Part shown: one piece after another, positions 28,024-32,000 of the stretch | Numbering within the stretch: the first letter of the stretch is position 1 | How the letters are laid out: each line of letters begins with the position of its first letter | Origin: Acaryochloris marina S15 | GTDB taxonomy: Bacteria; Cyanobacteriota; Cyanobacteriia; Thermosynechococcales; Thermosynechococcaceae | Length of the DNA stretch: 32,000 nt | Assembly (NCBI RefSeq): GCF_018336915.1 | Contig: NZ_CP064923.1 | Coordinates: forward strand, 3,390,001 to 3,422,000 | Reading direction: 5' to 3' | Made by a program: the position numbers and the translations under genes | Notes under the pieces: model-generated | The model's input: only the letters and a program-made list of their open reading frames with translations | Database searches by the model: none | Told to the model about the DNA's origin: nothing

Positions 28024-29265
28024 GGCACTTCGAAAAAAAGAATTGAATGTTTCCTAGGACATCACAACAGCTCAATCAAACTTGGTCCAGCCCAATGAAT
28101 TTGAAGAAGTCTGCATTTAGGGGCAAATCAGCGCCCCATCTCGCTTGATTGGGACTGTTTAGGCATACTGAGTCTGCAGTTCCTTTTTGCGCCAAAACAC
28201 ATAGCGTCTCAAGTTATAGGCCAAATCCTTCAGACCGAGTTGAGCACGGACTCGCTTCATCCCAATACAGCGGACCTGCTTGCCTCCCAAATTCATTACC
28301 CATGCCCCAAAGACATGTTCAATCTTAGCGCGCACCTTCGATTTACCCCGATTCGTTTCTTTTTGCTCTTCGGTTAATGGATGATTGCGATACCCTCGCT
28401 CATGAATTTGGCTGACATAGCCAATGGCTTCGAGTCCTGCTTCTAACGCTTCGCTGCGATAGGCACTGTCAGCCCAAATTTCATCGGCGTCATTCTCTCC
28501 ATCCAAGATGTCGCAAAAAGGCTGGGAGTCATGGACGGATGCGTCGGTCACCTGATGCTGGCGGATAAACCCATAGGCAGCATCAATATTGATATGGTTT
28601 TTGTAGCCAAAGTGGCTTTTGCCATTCTTTTTGGTCCATCGGGCGTCGGTATCTTTGTGAGACTGTTTATGAGGCTTATCTTTCCACTCAGGGGGGATGT
28701 CGCCTTGTTTGATCTGTTTGTTTTCTTCGCGAGTATTGCGTTGAATAGGAACTGGCACTAGGGTCGCATCAATGATTTGACCGCCTTTAGCCGTATACCC
28801 ACACCCTGCTAAAAACTGGTTAAAGGTTGCAAAAAGCTCCTCTATCAAATCGGCGTCACTCAGGTGCTGGCGAAATAGCCACACGGTCGTTGAATCGGGT
28901 ACTTCATCCTCTGGAGACAAACCTAGAAATCGGCGAAATGAGAGTCTGTCATGGGTTTGATATTCCAACTCTTCATCACTCAGGTTATACAGTTGCTGAA
29001 GGATTAACAGCTTCAATAGCAACAGTCTATCGATGGGTTTACGGCCTGCTTTGCTTTTGCGCTCTGGTTGGGGAAGTTGCTCTAAGCAACGGCGGAAGAT
29101 CGCCCAGTCTATGAGGCAATTGATCTCGCTTAAGCTGTCTTTGCGTGCTTCTAGCTGCTCACGGCGATGTTTGATTCTGCCAAAGCCTTTGGATTGCATG
29201 GCGAATTATCCTGTGAGGGCTGGGTCATATTCTCAATATTAAGGCTTTCTATTTTTCGAAGTGCC
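28024..29265 (-). mobile_element. IS5-family insertion sequence, 1242 bp, apparently intact
   Basis: The terminal inverted repeats are GGCACTTCGAAAAAAAGAA and GGCACTTCGAAAAATAGAA (18/19). It has a single transposase ORF and is flanked by CTCCAG direct repeats. Confidence 0.85.
28159..29199 (-). CDS. IS5-family DDE transposase
   Basis: 346 aa. The N-terminus is DUF772-like (LLLKLLILQQLYNLSDEELEYQTHDRLSFRRFLGL). The DDE region includes IIDATLV, WADSAYRS and RAKIEHVFG..LAYNLRR. Confidence 0.9.
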   Translation of the reverse strand: MQSKGFGRIKHRREQLEARKDSLSEINCLIDWAIFRRCLEQLPQPERKSKAGRKPIDRLLLLKLLILQQLYNLSDEELEYQTHDRLSFRRFLGLSPEDEVPDSTTVWLFRQHLSDADLIEELFATFNQFLAGCGYTAKGGQIIDATLVPVPIQRNTREENKQIKQGDIPPEWKDKPHKQSHKDTDARWTKKNGKSHFGYKNHINIDAAYGFIRQHQVTDASVHDSQPFCDILDGENDADEIWADSAYRSEALEAGLEAIGYVSQIHERGYRNHPLTEEQKETNRGKSKVRAKIEHVFGAWVMNLGGKQVRCIGMKRVRAQLGLKDLAYNLRRYVFWRKKELQTQYA

Positions 29266-29271
29266 CTCCAG
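29266..29271. repeat. Putative target-site duplication (right), CTCCAG
   Basis: See the entry for 28018..28023. Confidence 0.6.
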
Positions 29272-30263
29272 TAATAGCGTGTAGAGATTAACTGCATAAT
29301 TTGGGAATCAGCACCATTAGATTGGACGCCACGCTAAGAGGATGTTTGAAAAAGCTCCAGCAAAGTATGCCAATCGTCTGACCTTAATGCCAATCATAGC
29401 CAGATAAATGAATGTTTCACTAGCCTGTGCTAGAGACTCACAATTCCATTCAATCGACAACGCCAGTTCCACCAGTCAAAGGTGCGCCCAGGAGAAAAGT
29501 CTCCAGACACATCCTTCCCACAAGACCTAAAACATAGCGTTGAGAGCCAGTCCTTGGGTGTCCTAGCAGGGCTGTTTCAAGTTCACCTGAGGTGATTTAA
29601 AAGTACTGGAGATACGTGAGCAGAAATAATGTTATGAAAAATCTAGGTGCACGATAATTTTGGTTTCAGATTTTCTTTCAAGAACTTAAAAAAGCCCTGG
29701 GTGTCCTCGACATTTAGCTGCAGTTAGGAGGCATTCAAGGAGTTCTCCTTTCTCTAAAGTAAGGTCGATTTACACATTGCTCCTTGAAGCTAGGGTTTGG
29801 CAATGACAGTCTACTCACAAAGAGCTTTTTTATAGAAATTTCGATTTCTCACATATCCTCTCAGCCATTTACAGAAAACCACGAAAACTCATAAGAGCAG
29901 AACGCTTTCATAGCGAAATATAGTCAAATAATTTACCCAGAAAAATACCAAGAAGATTTTTTATAAGGAATTTGCGTATTTTTTTTATTTAATTCAGATA
30001 GGTAAGAAGAGTAATCAATTTAACCTCATAATTTTTTGCCATATTTTAGCAGTATTTTGAAATTTACTTTCCATAATCTCTCTAATTAGCTTAATTAAAA
30101 TTACTTCATAAAAGCTCGAATCAAGTCTTGCAATTAGCTAAAAATAACTATTATTATTTTTCTGATTATTTCAATAACTTAAAAATATATTCATCCCTTT
30201 TTACGACTTTCATAAATATATCTAAAAGGTGCATAGCATCAATTTCATTGACCTTTTCATGCA

Positions 30264-30845
30264 TTGAGTTCTATGTTTAGGCTTGATTATCCCCCTCTTG
30301 CTAACTGGGCTGGATTTATTGCTGCCCTGCTGTATGTCATTACTTTATTGCCCACTATCTTAAGGGTGGTATTTCCATCTACTAAAACAACAGGTATTCC
30401 TAAAAGCTTGCTAATTCAGCGCCGACTTCTTGGGATTATTGCTTTTTTAATGTCTGTCATCCACGGATACTGGCTAGTCTCTAAGAGAGAACTCGACTTT
30501 TTAGACTTCCAAACTTATTGGATTTATTGCCAGGGAATTATTACGTTTCTCATATTTACTTTACTCGCAATCACCTCTAATGACTGGAGTGTAAAAAAGC
30601 TTAAAAAGAACTGGAAAAAGCTTCATCAACTCACTTACTTTGCAATGTTCTTGCTGTTGTGGCATGTTATCGACAAAATGTGGGGCCATTGGACTTGGGT
30701 AACCCCACCATCCCTAGTCATAACAGGGGCAATTACGATTTTATTTTTAGTTCGAATGATTCGTGAAAATCATCAATCAGATAAGCCCAAAGGGCAGAAT
30801 CCTGAGTCACCAGCAACCAAAGAAACGGCCTCCAAAACTGACTAA
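30264..30845 (+). CDS. MsrQ/YedZ-like ferric-reductase-type transmembrane haem-b protein
   Basis: 193 aa with about 5-6 TM segments. QRRLLGIIAFLMSVIHGY and TSNDWSVKKLKKNWKKLHQLTYFAMFLLLWHV align by eye with E. coli MsrQ RRLLGLWCFAWATLHL and [23 protein letters not shown]..IHYL. The ORF-track start is a TTG; the first ATG is at 30273. Confidence 0.75.
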   Translation: MSSMFRLDYPPLANWAGFIAALLYVITLLPTILRVVFPSTKTTGIPKSLLIQRRLLGIIAFLMSVIHGYWLVSKRELDFLDFQTYWIYCQGIITFLIFTLLAITSNDWSVKKLKKNWKKLHQLTYFAMFLLLWHVIDKMWGHWTWVTPPSLVITGAITILFLVRMIRENHQSDKPKGQNPESPATKETASKTD

Positions 30846-30901
30846 TGGATGGCTGCTTGTAATCACTCAATCACCCTCAACCATTTACTAGGAAAAATAA
30901 A

Positions 30902-31942
30902 ATGGCAAAAACCACTCAAAAAAAGAACTGGGTACTGTTCCTTTTGATGTCTACTGCAGCCACTTTATATGGACTGAGAGCCCATGAGCAGCTAGGCCGT
31001 ACCGTTGCTTATCAAGCTGCACCATCTCAGTCTATATCGACCATTCACAAGACCCTGCAAACGCTAAAAAATAATAGTGTATGGATCTATGCGATCGCAC
31101 TCAGTCCCGATGGTGAAACCTTGGCGAGTGGGCGCTATGACGGCAAGATTGAGCTATGGAATTTACGCACTGGCACCTTACGTCAAACCCTGAAAGCTCA
31201 TGAAGATGCCGTCTCATCTTTAACAATCAGTGCTGATGGCCAAACATTAATCAGCGGTAGCTGGGATAACCGCATTAATTTATGGGACTTACACACTGGG
31301 AACCATCTGCATACTCTAGAAGATGCAGCAGATGATGTTACTGCCATCGCCCTCAGTCCAGACGGCAAATCCTTGGCTGCCAGTGCTGCAGATAAAACTA
31401 TCAGACTCTGGGATTTGAAGTCGAGCAGTCAACTGCAGGTCCAGAAAGCCCCCACTGTCGTTCTGTCTTTAGCCTTTAGTCCTGATGGGCAGGTTCTAGC
31501 TGGGGGGAGCCGGGATGGTGTCGTACGGTTCTGGCAGCGGGATAGTCTTTCTCCTAGAGTTGCCCTAGAGGGACATCAGGGTGCGGTACAGTCGGTCTCC
31601 TTTAGTCCCGATGGCACCTTATTGGCCAGTGGCAGTGAAGACCAGAGCATGAAAGTTTGGCATCTCTCCGAAGGGAAACTCCTGCATACCCTCCAGGGCC
31701 ATAATGCACCTGTCTTATCGGTTGCCTTTAGTCCAGATGGCCGCAACTTAGCCAGTGGGAGTTATGACCGCACCATTAAAATTTGGAATCCTGTATCCGG
31801 TCGGCCCCTCAAAAATTTGGTCGGACATACCAAGTCAGTGCAATCGATCCAATTTAGTCCGGATAGTCAAACCTTAGTGAGTTCCGGCAGTGATGCCACC
31901 GTAAGAGTTTGGCCGATTGTGGCAGCGACGGCTCTCCAGTAA
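30902..31942 (+). CDS. Exported or membrane-anchored seven-bladed WD40 repeat protein
   Basis: 346 aa. A basic N-terminus and hydrophobic segment (KKNWVLFLLMSTAATLYGL) are followed by seven units of pattern ..V.S.AFSPDG..LASGS.D.T.K.W. Confidence 0.9.
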   Translation: MAKTTQKKNWVLFLLMSTAATLYGLRAHEQLGRTVAYQAAPSQSISTIHKTLQTLKNNSVWIYAIALSPDGETLASGRYDGKIELWNLRTGTLRQTLKAHEDAVSSLTISADGQTLISGSWDNRINLWDLHTGNHLHTLEDAADDVTAIALSPDGKSLAASAADKTIRLWDLKSSSQLQVQKAPTVVLSLAFSPDGQVLAGGSRDGVVRFWQRDSLSPRVALEGHQGAVQSVSFSPDGTLLASGSEDQSMKVWHLSEGKLLHTLQGHNAPVLSVAFSPDGRNLASGSYDRTIKIWNPVSGRPLKNLVGHTKSVQSIQFSPDSQTLVSSGSDATVRVWPIVAATALQ

Positions 31943-32000
31943 CCCGTGATCAAACGCCCACGGCTGCAGCGAGTTTGCATGCTGTCTTCACTGGCCTAAA

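Noticed and set aside
29272-30263. Whether the ORF-free region upstream of the MsrQ-like gene is a decayed msrP. It is about the right length.
   Set aside because: The DNA is extremely AT-rich with stops in all frames, and I could see no MsrP-like peptide stretch. The only protein-like remnant looks transposase-like instead.

Overview
This window is chromosomal DNA from a cyanobacterium. The evidence is ten perfect HIP1 palindromes (GCGATCGC) that I could spot, plus psbH/psbN, petF and an acpP-fabF-tkt cluster. About 80% of it is ordinary housekeeping: uvrB, acpP, fabF, tkt, moaA, petF, pth, tatA, psbH, psbN, selO, frr, pyrH and pip.

Two patches look accessory. (1) At 7.3-11.1 kb there is a single 1143-aa gene encoding LRR + Roc GTPase + COR + a C-terminal TIR-like domain. 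It sits between an HdrB-like gene and pip and is bracketed by a ~70-bp direct repeat with a 45-bp core matching at 43/45. It contains ten near-identical 75-bp in-frame tandem repeats that differ almost only at predicted ligand-facing LRR positions. I read it as a candidate NLR-like immune or conflict sensor that uses a GTPase switch in place of a STAND ATPase, inserted as a one-gene islet. This is the most interesting object in the window. (2) At 28.0-32.0 kb there is an intact IS5-family element with inverted repeats and a 6-bp direct repeat, then ~1 kb of ORF-free AT-rich DNA with a possible transposase relic, then an MsrQ-like haem-b membrane protein paired with an exported 7-bladed WD40 protein rather than MsrP.

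Other notable items are a membrane-anchored Ser/Thr pseudokinase lying convergent with a CBS-HisKA-HATPase kinase that carries two pseudo-receiver domains, and psbN, a 46-codon gene absent from the ORF track. I recognised no rRNA, tRNA or CRISPR array. All domain calls are motif recognition by eye, and none has been verified by a search.
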